Shown one piece after another: positions 46,073-55,342 of a stretch of 60,927 nt of DNA. Numbering within the stretch: position 1 is the stretch's first letter; every line of letters starts with the position of its first letter. The DNA comes from an uncultured Bradyrhizobium sp. (GTDB lineage Bacteria; Pseudomonadota; Alphaproteobacteria; Rhizobiales; Xanthobacteraceae): assembly GCA_902826195.1 (NCBI GenBank), contig CADEDX010000001.1:1-60927 (forward strand), read 5' to 3'. The notes below the pieces were generated by a model. That model was not told the origin of the DNA, ran no database searches, and worked only from the letters and a program-made list of their open reading frames with translations. The position numbers and the translations under genes were made by a program.

Positions 46073-46100
46073 GGAACAAAGCCTTTCGAGTTGCGCGAGA

Positions 46101-46134
46101 GAGAAAGAGCCGCCGGCGAGGGTGCCGGCGGCTC
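46101..46134 (-). terminator. Terminator after the major capsid gene
   Basis: GAGCCGCCGGC..GCCGGCGGCTC followed by TTTCTC. Confidence 0.6.
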
Positions 46135-46149
46135 CGGCTCAGGCGGTGG

Positions 46150-47490
46150 TTACGAGGCGCACTTGAGCTTGGCGAAGGACTCGCCAAGCGTGAGCATCCC
46201 GCCCACGCGCTTGCGGGCGCGGAACAGGATCAGGCCATAGGCGCCCTGCGAGAACGGATCGCGCATGACCTGAAGGTCGATGCGATCGGTGATCCGATAG
46301 CGCTTCGGATCGCCGAACGCGATGGGCGTCGTCCCCGCCGCCTCATTCGGCATGTCGGCCATTTCCGCGTAGCTGTGGCCGAGGATGTTGTTCGGAATGC
46401 CCGCGGCGAGGCCCGGCTGCCAGAGATAGTTGCCCTCGCCGTCTTTCAGCTTGCGCACCGCGCCGAGCGAGAGACGGTTGAGCAGCCACACCGCCGCGCG
46501 CGCATAGGGGGTCTTGATCCCATGCGCGACGTTGATGAGGCCATCGGCCGTGATGTTCGCCGCCGAGCCAGAATTGTATTCCAGCACGCCGGTTGTGTTG
46601 AGGATGCCGAGGCATTGCTCCGCGCCGCCGATGCCGGTGAGGAATTCCGAGCCTTCCTTCACCGCAAACTGCTCGGCGAATTCGAGGCGCATTTCGGCTT
46701 CCATGTCGAAGGCCGAATCCTCGATCTGCTGCTGCGAAATGTGGACTTCCGCATAGAGCTCGGGCGCCGGGATTTCGATCATGCCGGTGGTGTAGCCGGT
46801 CGTCTCCGAGCGCGCGCCGATTTCCGAGACGCGGCGGGCGGCGAAGGTGCCCGTGCGCTTCGGCAGCTTGAGCGACTGCACGCCGATGGGCGTGACGGTC
46901 GCGAGAGCGCGGAGCGGCGACTGCTCGATGACGCCCTTGATGATCTCCGTCACCATCTGCGGCGGCGAGAGATAGTAGCCGCCGAGCGCGTCGTTGCCGG
47001 CGATCAGCGCCTTGCGTTCGGTGAGCATCTTGACATGCTCGGCCTTCTGCGAGAACGCGGTCGGCTCCGTGCGGAGGAAGATTTCCCAGGACTGCTGGTA
47101 AGCCTTCACCTCCTTGTCGTCGGCGTTGTCGCCGCCGCCGGCGCCGGGGCGGCCGACTTTGGTTTCGATGCGGGTGAGGGCTTCCTGCACCTGCTTGTTG
47201 ACTTCGGCCTGCTTGGTCGAAGTGGCTTCCGCGGTGACGAGGCGCTGGTTGAGCCCTTCGTAGGCCGACAGGCTCTTTTCGATCTTATCGAGCTTGTCGG
47301 ACGTGACGGCATCGGCCGCGCCCTTCTTCTCGATCTGCTTGAGGCGCTCGTCATTCGTCGCCTTGAATTCCTCGAAGCCGCGGCCGAGGCCATCGACGGC
47401 CTTCTTGACTTCGGTCACGAGGGCGGCGGGATCGCCGGCGTCGCCGGCGTCTTTGCGCTCGTAGGGACCGGGCGCAGTCTGGCGGTTCAT
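46150..47490 (-). CDS. Major capsid protein (HK97 fold)
   Basis: N-terminal coiled delta domain, GGYYL.P, LKDGEGNYLWQP, RKRVGG. Confidence 0.95.
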   Translation of the reverse strand: MNRQTAPGPYERKDAGDAGDPAALVTEVKKAVDGLGRGFEEFKATNDERLKQIEKKGAADAVTSDKLDKIEKSLSAYEGLNQRLVTAEATSTKQAEVNKQVQEALTRIETKVGRPGAGGGDNADDKEVKAYQQSWEIFLRTEPTAFSQKAEHVKMLTERKALIAGNDALGGYYLSPPQMVTEIIKGVIEQSPLRALATVTPIGVQSLKLPKRTGTFAARRVSEIGARSETTGYTTGMIEIPAPELYAEVHISQQQIEDSAFDMEAEMRLEFAEQFAVKEGSEFLTGIGGAEQCLGILNTTGVLEYNSGSAANITADGLINVAHGIKTPYARAAVWLLNRLSLGAVRKLKDGEGNYLWQPGLAAGIPNNILGHSYAEMADMPNEAAGTTPIAFGDPKRYRITDRIDLQVMRDPFSQGAYGLILFRARKRVGGMLTLGESFAKLKCAS

Positions 47491-47501
47491 TTGGATTTCT
47501 C

Positions 47502-48179
47502 CTAGGTGGTGGGTTTGAAGACTTCGGACGTCCGTCGCAAAGACGCGAGAAGATCGCCCATCGAATCGCCCGCCACAGAATCACTCCGGGGAAAGGCGGC
47601 TTTGAAACCGCTCGCGAGCAACGCGACGGCTTCAGATTTCGAGCATCCTGCGTCACGCAAGACTTGCTCGAGATAGCGCGGATTGTTGGCGGACTTTACG
47701 TCCATGATCCGCGCGAGAGGGTTCATCGGGTCCGGCACGATGGAGACTTCGACCAGATGCGCGCGCTTGATCGTGCGCCGCGGCTCGCCTGGCTTCGTCC
47801 CGTAGATCGCCGGCGACGTGACTTGATAGCCGATCGAAAAGCCTTTGATCGCGCCCATCTTGGCGAGCGCATAGACGTCGCGGCCGAGGCTGGTTTCCGT
47901 CGCAACGATGCCCTTCACCTTGAGGCCCTTGTCGTCTTCCTCCATTTCGGTCCAGAGGCCGAGCGGCATGAGGTCCGACATGGTGCGCGCGTGCCGGTAG
48001 AGCATCATCGGGAGCGCCTTGTCTTTCTTCCACGTCCGCAGGCTTTCCTTGAACGCGCCGGCGACGATCATGTCGCCGCCGAGGTCGATATTCCCGAAGG
48101 TCGAACCGTAGCCTTCGATCGAACCCGGCGCCGCGTCCGGCGCAAACTTGAATTCGGCGGCGCAGTTGATGTGGTTCAT
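47502..48179 (-). CDS. HK97-family prohead protease
   Basis: IEGYGSTFGNIDLGGD, H, GFSIGY, LVEVSIV..PMN. Confidence 0.93.
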   Translation of the reverse strand: MNHINCAAEFKFAPDAAPGSIEGYGSTFGNIDLGGDMIVAGAFKESLRTWKKDKALPMMLYRHARTMSDLMPLGLWTEMEEDDKGLKVKGIVATETSLGRDVYALAKMGAIKGFSIGYQVTSPAIYGTKPGEPRRTIKRAHLVEVSIVPDPMNPLARIMDVKSANNPRYLEQVLRDAGCSKSEAVALLASGFKAAFPRSDSVAGDSMGDLLASLRRTSEVFKPTT

Positions 48180-49588
48180 GGCTGTTCTTCTCCAGGTGTC
48201 GGGAGCGACGCGAGCACTTCCGCGAGGCTCTTGTGGGCGTTGACGATCCGATCTTCGTTCTTGCGCGAGAGCACGCGGCCGATCTTTTCTTCGAGCCCGT
48301 CCGCGTCGTCGAGCGCCGGGCCGCCGTTGTGGCCGATCATGTGCGACTTGATCGTCTTGACGACTTCCTCCGCGATCTCGTCGCGCTCGGCCGCGGTCCC
48401 CATGTTGAGCGGGATCAACGGCTCATCGAGCCCGTCGATCGGATTCATTTCCTCGAACAGCCGCGCTTGATTGCGGGTCAGCCAGCCGTTGACGATGCCG
48501 CTCGCATAGAACGCCGCTCGGGTCTTCGCGTCGCCGCGCAACAGCCCTTGGACGGCAAATTTCGCCTGCAACGTCATGTCGTCGCCGAGCAGGTCGCGGG
48601 CGATCGCCTGTTGCCACCGCTCGACCCACGGCACGAGCGAATGAACGACATGCGCGAGGAAGAAGGCTTCCGCCGATGCGAACGTCGCCGTCTTGTCGGC
48701 GTAGCCGATCATCTGCGGGAAGACGCGAAGCGCGCGACAGATTTCCTCGACTTGGAACCGGCGAAGCTCAAGGTGCTGGTTATCGACGCCGGTTTCCGAG
48801 AGCGCCTGCCATTTGACGTTGCCGGGCAGGAGCGCGGTTTTCCACTTGTTCGCGCCGCCGACTTGCGATTGCGCCCAATCCTCTTTCAGCCGCTTCGCCG
48901 CTTCGATCGAAAGATTGCCGTCAACGGAGAGGACGCCGCCCGGCTGCGCGCCGTTCGCGTGGAGGCGCGAATGGGTTTCCTCCGTCGCGATGGCGAGGCC
49001 GAGCGCTTCGCGCGCCCAGTCGAGCGGTTGCATCCCGCAGACGCCATCCCACGACGGCCCGCGAATCTCGAAGATGGCCGAGCGCGGGAAGGTGCCGAGG
49101 CTTTCGCCTTTCGCGCTCGTAATCTCATAGGTGGTTTCATAGCCGGCGCTCTGTTTGACGGCGCAGCGGCCCGGCAGGATCGGAAGAAGCTCGGCGATCT
49201 TCGGGCTTTCCTCGCCGCCTATCCGGTTGATGAAGGCACGGCCCTGCCCGGTCATCGTCGCGTGCATCATCATGGTTTCGCGAAACTCGAACGAAGTCAT
49301 GAATTCGTTGGGCTTGCGATGGAGCACGCGATAGACGTCGAGATCGGTCGCGGGCTTGAGCGATCCGTCTTCGCCTTCGCGGTAGATCTTGAGCGGCAGT
49401 TGCGCAATGCCCTCGGCCAGCACGCGCACGCAGGCGAGAAAGGCGGTGACGCGCGTCGCGCGATCGAGCGAGACGGAAACCCCGGCCTTTGAATTGAAGC
49501 CTTCCGACAGCGCCGCCCATGTCAGCGGCTCGATATCGGTGACTTTCGCTTCGGTCGGGAAGAAGCTGCCGAACAGCCCGCCGCCCAT
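48176..49588 (-). CDS. HK97-family portal protein
   Basis: ACVRVLAEGIAQLPL, PNEFMT, EEICRALRV.P, LLRGD. Confidence 0.93.
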   Translation of the reverse strand: MGGGLFGSFFPTEAKVTDIEPLTWAALSEGFNSKAGVSVSLDRATRVTAFLACVRVLAEGIAQLPLKIYREGEDGSLKPATDLDVYRVLHRKPNEFMTSFEFRETMMMHATMTGQGRAFINRIGGEESPKIAELLPILPGRCAVKQSAGYETTYEITSAKGESLGTFPRSAIFEIRGPSWDGVCGMQPLDWAREALGLAIATEETHSRLHANGAQPGGVLSVDGNLSIEAAKRLKEDWAQSQVGGANKWKTALLPGNVKWQALSETGVDNQHLELRRFQVEEICRALRVFPQMIGYADKTATFASAEAFFLAHVVHSLVPWVERWQQAIARDLLGDDMTLQAKFAVQGLLRGDAKTRAAFYASGIVNGWLTRNQARLFEEMNPIDGLDEPLIPLNMGTAAERDEIAEEVVKTIKSHMIGHNGGPALDDADGLEEKIGRVLSRKNEDRIVNAHKSLAEVLASLPTPGEEQP

Positions 49589-49761
49589 TATGACGCCCTC
49601 GCGGCGAGGATCGCGCCGACCAGCAAGAGCCAGCCGCCGACGATGAAGCCGGCCGGCGGATAGATTTCATACGCGCCATAGGCGCAAAGGCCCGCGCCGG
49701 CCAGCCCGGCCAGGTCGCGGACGAAGACGCGCGCCGCTCGCGCAAACGCTCGAAGGGCCAT
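49588..49761 (-). CDS. Small membrane protein between terL and portal
   Basis: DLAGLAGAGLCAYGAYEIYPPAGFIVGG; TAATG-coupled to the portal. Confidence 0.7.
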   Translation of the reverse strand: MALRAFARAARVFVRDLAGLAGAGLCAYGAYEIYPPAGFIVGGWLLLVGAILAARAS

Positions 49762-49771
49762 GATCCCCCCT

Positions 49772-51517
49772 CTAGAGGAAAATGAGATGGTCCGTCTCGA
49801 GATAACTCCGCTCGTCGGACGGGGCGATTGCGGAGCCTAGCGCCATGATGAGCGCCGTCATGCCGTCGATACGACCGCGCGAGCGCTTCTTCGTCGGCAT
49901 CTTGTTTTCGTTCTTGTCGGTTTCGATGACCATATTCGAGGCCATCCAGCGCAAGACGGGATTGTGGCCGTGATCGAATTTCGCATCGGCCAGCAGATTG
50001 AAAAATTCCTTCGTCGGCGTCGTGTAGCTTTTGAAGCCTTGAATGAATTCCACGACGTTGACGCCGGCCTCTTGGAGCCGCGAGATCATCTGCGCCGCGT
50101 TCCACGGATCGAAGGCGACGCGGATCACGTTGTAGAGATCGACGTCGCCGGCGATATCGTTCTCGGGGTCGCCGAGGATCGAGCGCTCGATAGCGCCATG
50201 GTCGATCGAATTCCCCGGCGTCGCGTCGAGCCAGCCTTCCGCGATCCACGTCTCATAAGGCGCGCGGTCGCGAGCGGCGCGCGCTGCCACGCTCTCGCGC
50301 GGCGTCCAGAATTTGCAGAGCAACCGCCAGCGTTCGTCGGCCTCGACCGGCTCGAAAAGCTTGACCGATCCGGAAATGTCCAGCTTGGACGAAAGGTCAA
50401 CCGCCATATGACAGGGCCGGCCGCGGAGCTCGTCGGGCGGCGTGTTTGGGTCGAGCGGCGCTATTCCGCATTTCGCCCATTGCTCCATGTCAACGGCGCG
50501 CATGAAGCTCGACGTGACGATGTTGCAGCGGAAGCGCTTGAACGCGGGTTGCAGGCTCGGGTTGGATGCGACCTTGGCGCACCGGCGCTTGAGGTCGTCG
50601 AGCGTGACGGAAATCCCGAGATTGGGATTTGCCTTGATCCAGACGGATGCATCGTCCCAGGCGTCGTCTTTGTCCAGCGTCGCGACGTAGGCGAAATAGG
50701 TATCGTCCTGCAACACGCGCTCGAGGATCTTCGCGGCGTAATCGCTTTCCGTCGAGTAGGGCGATTCCGGATCGTCGTCGCCGCTCGTGGTGATGATCCA
50801 GAGCAGCGGTTGCTCGCGGGCGCCGGACCCATCGTCCATGATATCGAGCAGCGCGCGCGAGCGGTGGCGGTGGAGCTCATCCACGATCGTAAAATGCGGG
50901 TTGATACCGTCCGCGGATTTCGCGTCCGACGACAGCGGCTCGAATTTCGAGGCCGTGCGCTGGTCCGAAATATTGAGCTTGAAGGTTTTGAGCCGCGCCA
51001 TCAGTTCGGGCGACTTGTGAACCATCTTGACGGCTTCGTCGAAGGTGATCCGCGCCTGATCGCGCTTCGTCGCGGCCGAATAGATTTCCGCGCCTTCCTC
51101 TCGATCGGCGACGAGGCCGTAAAGCGCCACGCCCGAGCACATCGTTGACTTGCCGTTTTTCTTCGCCACGTCCTGAAAGACCGTGCGAAAGCGGCGAAGC
51201 CCGTCGTCGGCGCGCTTCCAGCCGAACGCCGAGCCGGTGATGAAGGCTTGCCACGGCGCGAGGTCTATCGGCTGGTTCGCCCATCGGCCTTTCGAGTGCC
51301 GAAGGAAGCGATAGAATTTCCAATGGTGCTGCGCCGCCTCAAGGTGCCAATGCAGGCCGCGCTCGGACTGCCGGGCCAGGTCATCGAAGTGGCGTTCGCA
51401 CGCGAGCGCGACCTTGCGACCGACGAGGATCTTGCCGTCGAGAACGTCCCACGCATAGAGCGTCGCGCGGTCGCCGTCAGTGATGCGTCGGCTTCGGGCC
51501 GTCGAGATATTGGTCAA
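49772..51517 (-). CDS. terL: Terminase large subunit
   Basis: AKKNGKS, VDELH, ITTSG, KANPNLG, DLS..D, IDGMTA. Confidence 0.95.
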   Translation of the reverse strand: MTNISTARSRRITDGDRATLYAWDVLDGKILVGRKVALACERHFDDLARQSERGLHWHLEAAQHHWKFYRFLRHSKGRWANQPIDLAPWQAFITGSAFGWKRADDGLRRFRTVFQDVAKKNGKSTMCSGVALYGLVADREEGAEIYSAATKRDQARITFDEAVKMVHKSPELMARLKTFKLNISDQRTASKFEPLSSDAKSADGINPHFTIVDELHRHRSRALLDIMDDGSGAREQPLLWIITTSGDDDPESPYSTESDYAAKILERVLQDDTYFAYVATLDKDDAWDDASVWIKANPNLGISVTLDDLKRRCAKVASNPSLQPAFKRFRCNIVTSSFMRAVDMEQWAKCGIAPLDPNTPPDELRGRPCHMAVDLSSKLDISGSVKLFEPVEADERWRLLCKFWTPRESVAARAARDRAPYETWIAEGWLDATPGNSIDHGAIERSILGDPENDIAGDVDLYNVIRVAFDPWNAAQMISRLQEAGVNVVEFIQGFKSYTTPTKEFFNLLADAKFDHGHNPVLRWMASNMVIETDKNENKMPTKKRSRGRIDGMTALIMALGSAIAPSDERSYLETDHLIFL

Positions 51518-51992
51518 AGGATTCTTCCGGTGCTGTGTCGGCGCCCGCCGATGATTCCGGCAGCGGCGGGAGCGCGGGCGCTTGGATGGAGAGCCGGACG
51601 CGGCTTGCGGGCGTCATGCCGAATTCCGTCAGATAGCGGTGCATCAGTTCGAGCGCGCGGTTTGCGATCCCGACCCAAGGCGATTGTTGGACGGATTTGT
51701 TCGGCGTGACGACAAGCTCGGCGCCGGCGGCGATCCTTTCTTCGGCCTTGGCCCATCGCGCATAAGTCGCGCAATACGCGCCGAGGGCCGCGCGGTCGAT
51801 CGCCGTTATCATGCCGACCGCGCGAAGCTCGGCGGTGACGCGATCCCATTCCGCTTTCGCGACGGCGTTCAAATGCGAGGGCGGCGTCAGGTCCGGCGCG
51901 GCCTTCGGTTTCGCGCCGGTCGGCAGGGCGCGCTTGCTCGGGTTGCCGTGCAGCGCCGCAAGGGCTTCCGGCTTGGGTTTTCGGCCTTTCAT
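51477..51992 (-). CDS. terS: Terminase small subunit (P27 family)
   Basis: GRKPKP..GNPSKR, EWDRV, EFGMTPASR. Confidence 0.92.
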   Translation of the reverse strand: MKGRKPKPEALAALHGNPSKRALPTGAKPKAAPDLTPPSHLNAVAKAEWDRVTAELRAVGMITAIDRAALGAYCATYARWAKAEERIAAGAELVVTPNKSVQQSPWVGIANRALELMHRYLTEFGMTPASRVRLSIQAPALPPLPESSAGADTAPEESFDQYLDGPKPTHH

Positions 51993-52103
51993 GGGCGTGG
52001 CTCTATATCTGCGGTTGCAGGGAAAAATCGGAAATTTTCTTGCTTTCTGCGGTTTTGGCCTGATTTCAGCGACTTAGCAACCGGCCTAGATCGCTGAATT
52101 TGT

Positions 52104-52132
52104 TGGACTTTCTAGCCGGGACGGCTCATATT
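52104..52132 (+). promoter_or_regulatory. sigma70-type promoter driving the inverted island
   Basis: TGGACT-N17-CATATT after an AT-rich tract. Confidence 0.6.
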
Positions 52133-52199
52133 TGCACCATCAACACGGCGGCGACGCCGCAACCCACGGGCCGCAGGCCCACAACCGGAGGATACGACG

Positions 52200-52523
52200 A
52201 TGACCGAACAGACACAGACCAATCAGGCGCGGGCGTTCAAGGCTTCGGCCGCTCGCTTCTCTGCCGCCGCCGGCCGCTGCCGGAATCCCGACCGCAAGGC
52301 CGAATTGACCCGCAAGGCCGCTGCCGCTCTCAAGGCCGCGCGCGCCGTCGAGCGCGGGACCTACAAGGCCCCGGTCGCGCCGGTGACGCCGCGGACTGCC
52401 GCCGCGCTGGCGGCGCATGTGACCCGCTGCAATCAGGCTCTCAAGCGGGCGCGCAACCCGGAGACGCGGGCGCAGATCAAGGCGCGCCTTGCCAGCCTCG
52501 AGACGCGGCTGGCTTCCCTCTAA
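52200..52523 (+). CDS. Ala/Arg-rich helical protein
   Basis: GGAGG RBS; C-terminal 40 aa shared with the 52912 protein. Confidence 0.7.
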   Translation: MTEQTQTNQARAFKASAARFSAAAGRCRNPDRKAELTRKAAAALKAARAVERGTYKAPVAPVTPRTAAALAAHVTRCNQALKRARNPETRAQIKARLASLETRLASL

Positions 52524-52529
52524 CCCCAA

Positions 52530-52595
52530 GGCCGAAACCGCGCGCCGCATCGAGGGCGGCGCCGGTCGGACGGTGAAGCCGTCCCTGACGAGGCC
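52530..52595 (+). ncRNA. Type II hammerhead ribozyme (predicted cleavage after C52567)
   Basis: GGCC-GAAAC-stem III-GUC-stem I (GGACGG/CCGUCC)-CUGACGA-GGCC; all core nucleotides and stems present; intergenic. Confidence 0.9.
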
Positions 52596-52630
52596 GAGGC
52601 CCGCAGCAACCAAATACAGGAGCAACCGAT

Positions 52631-52828
52631 ATGTCCGCGAACAACGTCACCGCCACCATCGAAAAGGGCGAGCTCGTGATCCGCTGCAAGATCGACGCGA
52701 AGGCCGTCGCCGGCGCGCCGCTCTCCAAGACCGGCAAGACCAAGCTGGTCGCCTCGACCGCCGGATCGCTCGCGGTGCCGGGCAGCAATCTCAAGCTCGC
52801 GCTCAATCTGATGGCGCCGACCGCGTAA
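52631..52828 (+). CDS. Small conserved protein (SKTGKT..VAST.G)
   Basis: AGGAG RBS; ELVIRC..PLSKTGKTKLVASTAG. Confidence 0.75.
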   Translation: MSANNVTATIEKGELVIRCKIDAKAVAGAPLSKTGKTKLVASTAGSLAVPGSNLKLALNLMAPTA

Positions 52829-52911
52829 GGCTTCATCCTGTGGCGCTGGCCCCGTGCCAGCGTCATGGGATGGCGCTTTCCCTGCCATCGCAAACACGAG
52901 GAGACGACACG

Positions 52912-54189
52912 ATGACCGACAAGACAGACGACAAGGCTAACGGCGCGGGCGTGGATCATTTCGCGATCCCGGCTCGCTTCCGCCGGCAGCCCGATCCGAA
53001 CAACCCGGCCCCGAAATCCGGCGCGCGTCCGACGCCCGTCATGCCGTCGCGCCCGGCCGAGCCGGCGAAGCCCATCGCGCCCGTCGCGGTGGAGAAGCCG
53101 GCAACCGCGGAGACGAAGGCGCCGGCCGCTGACAACGTGGTCCCGATGGTGAAGGGCAAAGCCACGCGCCCGACGCCGCAGGGCCCGGCCCCGGCCCCGA
53201 AGCCTGCGCCGATCGAGACGCCCAAGGCCAAGACGGAACCCATCGCCGCCCTCACGGAAACATGGGTTCCGGCGGCATTGTTCGCGACCGCTACTCTCTG
53301 CGCCGCCGACGCGAAGGCAACGCGCGAAGCTCTCAAGGGCGTGCATATCCATTCGGTCGGCGAAACGCTCCGCATGGTCGCGACCGATGGCGCGCGGATG
53401 ATCGTCCTTTCCCGGCCGGTGGATGACGGCGCTTTGCCGGACTGGCTGAAAGAGGGCGTCACCATTCCGGCGCAGGGTCTGAAAACGATGCTCGGCTTCC
53501 TCGCGTCCCTCAAGATCGACGACGCCGATACGATCCGCGTCGCCTTCGCGAAGGGCGCCTCGCGGATCGAGCTTTCCAACGTCGGCAACACGGCGCTCTT
53601 TCGGCTGCCGGTGATCGCGCTCGACTTCCCGGAATATCAAAAGATCATCGACACCGCGACCGGCGCTTTCCTCGCCGACGACCGCAAGGACTTCGATCAC
53701 GTCGCCATGGCTGCCGGCTATTTGAAGGGCGTCGGCGAGATCGCGAAATCCCTCGGCTGCGAAAACGTCCGCGTCTTTACCGGCACGAACGGATCGCCGA
53801 CCGTTATCACGTTCCCGAACGATCCGGGCGCGGTTCTCTATCAGGCCGGGATCGGGCAAGGCAACGCGCCGATCTTCCCCGAGCAAACCCGCGCCATGCT
53901 CGGCTCGGCCATCAACGGCACCGTCGCCGCGCTGCGGGCGCACCGCACGCGCACGGCGGAAGCTCTCAAGGCGGCAGCCACGCCCGGCGACAAGGGCGCG
54001 CTTGAAGCCAAGCTCGCCGACTATGACCGCCGCATCGCCGACGCCGTGCAGATGGCACGGCTCGGGCTGCCGAAGCCGAAGGAAGCGGGCGCAGACGCGG
54101 ACGCGCCCAAGGCCGCAGCGAAGCCGACGCCCAAGGCCAAGCGCGCGGCGAAGCCCGCCAAGGCGAAACCCCGGAAGAAGGGCCGCTAG
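52912..54189 (+). CDS. Partial DNA polymerase III beta-clamp-like protein with Pro-rich N-terminus and helical/basic C-terminus
   Basis: REALKGVHI..LRMVATDGARM..GVTIP..DFPEYQKII; GAGGAG RBS. Confidence 0.7.
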   Translation: MTDKTDDKANGAGVDHFAIPARFRRQPDPNNPAPKSGARPTPVMPSRPAEPAKPIAPVAVEKPATAETKAPAADNVVPMVKGKATRPTPQGPAPAPKPAPIETPKAKTEPIAALTETWVPAALFATATLCAADAKATREALKGVHIHSVGETLRMVATDGARMIVLSRPVDDGALPDWLKEGVTIPAQGLKTMLGFLASLKIDDADTIRVAFAKGASRIELSNVGNTALFRLPVIALDFPEYQKIIDTATGAFLADDRKDFDHVAMAAGYLKGVGEIAKSLGCENVRVFTGTNGSPTVITFPNDPGAVLYQAGIGQGNAPIFPEQTRAMLGSAINGTVAALRAHRTRTAEALKAAATPGDKGALEAKLADYDRRIADAVQMARLGLPKPKEAGADADAPKAAAKPTPKAKRAAKPAKAKPRKKGR

Positions 54190-54261
54190 GCGGCGACAGA
54201 GGCCGGCGGCACCGAGTCCGCCGCCGGCCTCACCCTTCCCTCACTCTGCGGAGTTATTCCC

Positions 54262-54663
54262 ATGACCGAACAATCAGGCTATCGCGGCGCGCAGCCGCAA
54301 GGCGTCTTGATCCGACGCAATCTCGCGGAGGCTATCGCGGCGCGCGATCTTATCGACGTGTCTCGCTACGCCCAGGAAGCGGGCTTCGTCTGGCCCGCGA
54401 CAATCTCCCCCGCCGTCAATGCGGCGCTCGTGCCGACGCCCGGCGAATTCAGCTTCGGCCGGCGCTACTCGATCCGGCTCCGCGATCTGTTCTTTCTCGG
54501 ACGGCTCGCGGCGCAGCGCACGCGCCGGCAATCCTGCGAATGGACGCTCTCCATTCAGCGGCTCGGCAATGACCGCGAGACGCTGCACCTATGGACGCGC
54601 GTTTTCCTCGACACGGAAACCGGCCGGCCCGCCTTCACCGTTCTCTTGCGCGAGGAGGCATAG
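54262..54663 (+). CDS. DUF6573-like protein
   Basis: AIAARDLIDVS..AQEAGF..P.TIS.AV..RLRD..G.PAFTVLL.EE. Confidence 0.6.
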   Translation: MTEQSGYRGAQPQGVLIRRNLAEAIAARDLIDVSRYAQEAGFVWPATISPAVNAALVPTPGEFSFGRRYSIRLRDLFFLGRLAAQRTRRQSCEWTLSIQRLGNDRETLHLWTRVFLDTETGRPAFTVLLREEA

Positions 54664-54666
54664 GCC

Positions 54667-54897
54667 ATGGCAAGGAAACGCATCGGCAGCGTCGAGCAAG
54701 CCGCGAGCAATATCGCCGCGGTGATCGTCGCAATCGACATGCTGGCGCAGGCGCGCGCGCTTCTTCTGCGAGCCGACGCGCCGCGCGCGGCCGAGCGCGC
54801 CCGGCGCGCGCTATCGTCCGCGAAGGGCGCGCATCGCAACGCGCAATATCGTCTCAATGACGCGATGCGCGCCGCCGACAAGGATAACCCGTCATGA
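54667..54897 (+). CDS. Hypothetical protein
   Basis: GAGGAGG RBS; APRAAERARRALSSAKGAHRNA. Confidence 0.65.
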   Translation: MARKRIGSVEQAASNIAAVIVAIDMLAQARALLLRADAPRAAERARRALSSAKGAHRNAQYRLNDAMRAADKDNPS

Positions 54898-55145
54898 CGC
54901 CCGCCAAGCTCGAAACCCTCCGCTCGATGATGCGCTATCTCCGGGCGCGCCGGAAAGCGCTGGTCGGTCTGCCGAAGGGTGCGCCGCACGTCGCAAGGAT
55001 CGACCGCCAAATCGCCGAGGTTCGCCGCGCCATCGCCGACGCCGAGCGCCGCATGGCCTCGCCGCTCGGCCGCGCCTTCAACGCTCTGCGTTCCATGGCC
55101 GCGCGCCTCGCGCCGCGGCCGCAACCGAAAGGGAAACCGCAATGA
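54894..55145 (+). CDS. Hypothetical helical protein
   Basis: ATGA-coupled. Confidence 0.55.
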   Translation: MTPAKLETLRSMMRYLRARRKALVGLPKGAPHVARIDRQIAEVRRAIADAERRMASPLGRAFNALRSMAARLAPRPQPKGKPQ

Positions 55146-55342
55146 TCGCTCGCCCGCTCTACCGCGCGGCCGTCAACTGGATTGCCGAGAATGACGAGCC
55201 GACCGAATCCGACGCCGAGATCGTCGCCACCTTAATCTCGGTCTGCCTCATCGCCGACCTTTTCACGCGGCAGCCATCAGAGGTCGCCGCCGACGTGGTG
55301 AAGCGCCGCGCCGTGATCGCCAAGGCGGAGGGCCGGTCATGA
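55142..55342 (+). CDS. Hypothetical protein
   Basis: YRAAVNWIAENDE..LIADLF..VAADV; ATGA-coupled. Confidence 0.65.
   Translation: MIARPLYRAAVNWIAENDEPTESDAEIVATLISVCLIADLFTRQPSEVAADVVKRRAVIAKAEGRS

Noticed and set aside
52065-52100. Inverted repeat as a dif/attP or telomere-resolution site
   Set aside because: Does not match the XerC/XerD consensus, is not a long perfect palindrome, and no recombinase or protelomerase was found
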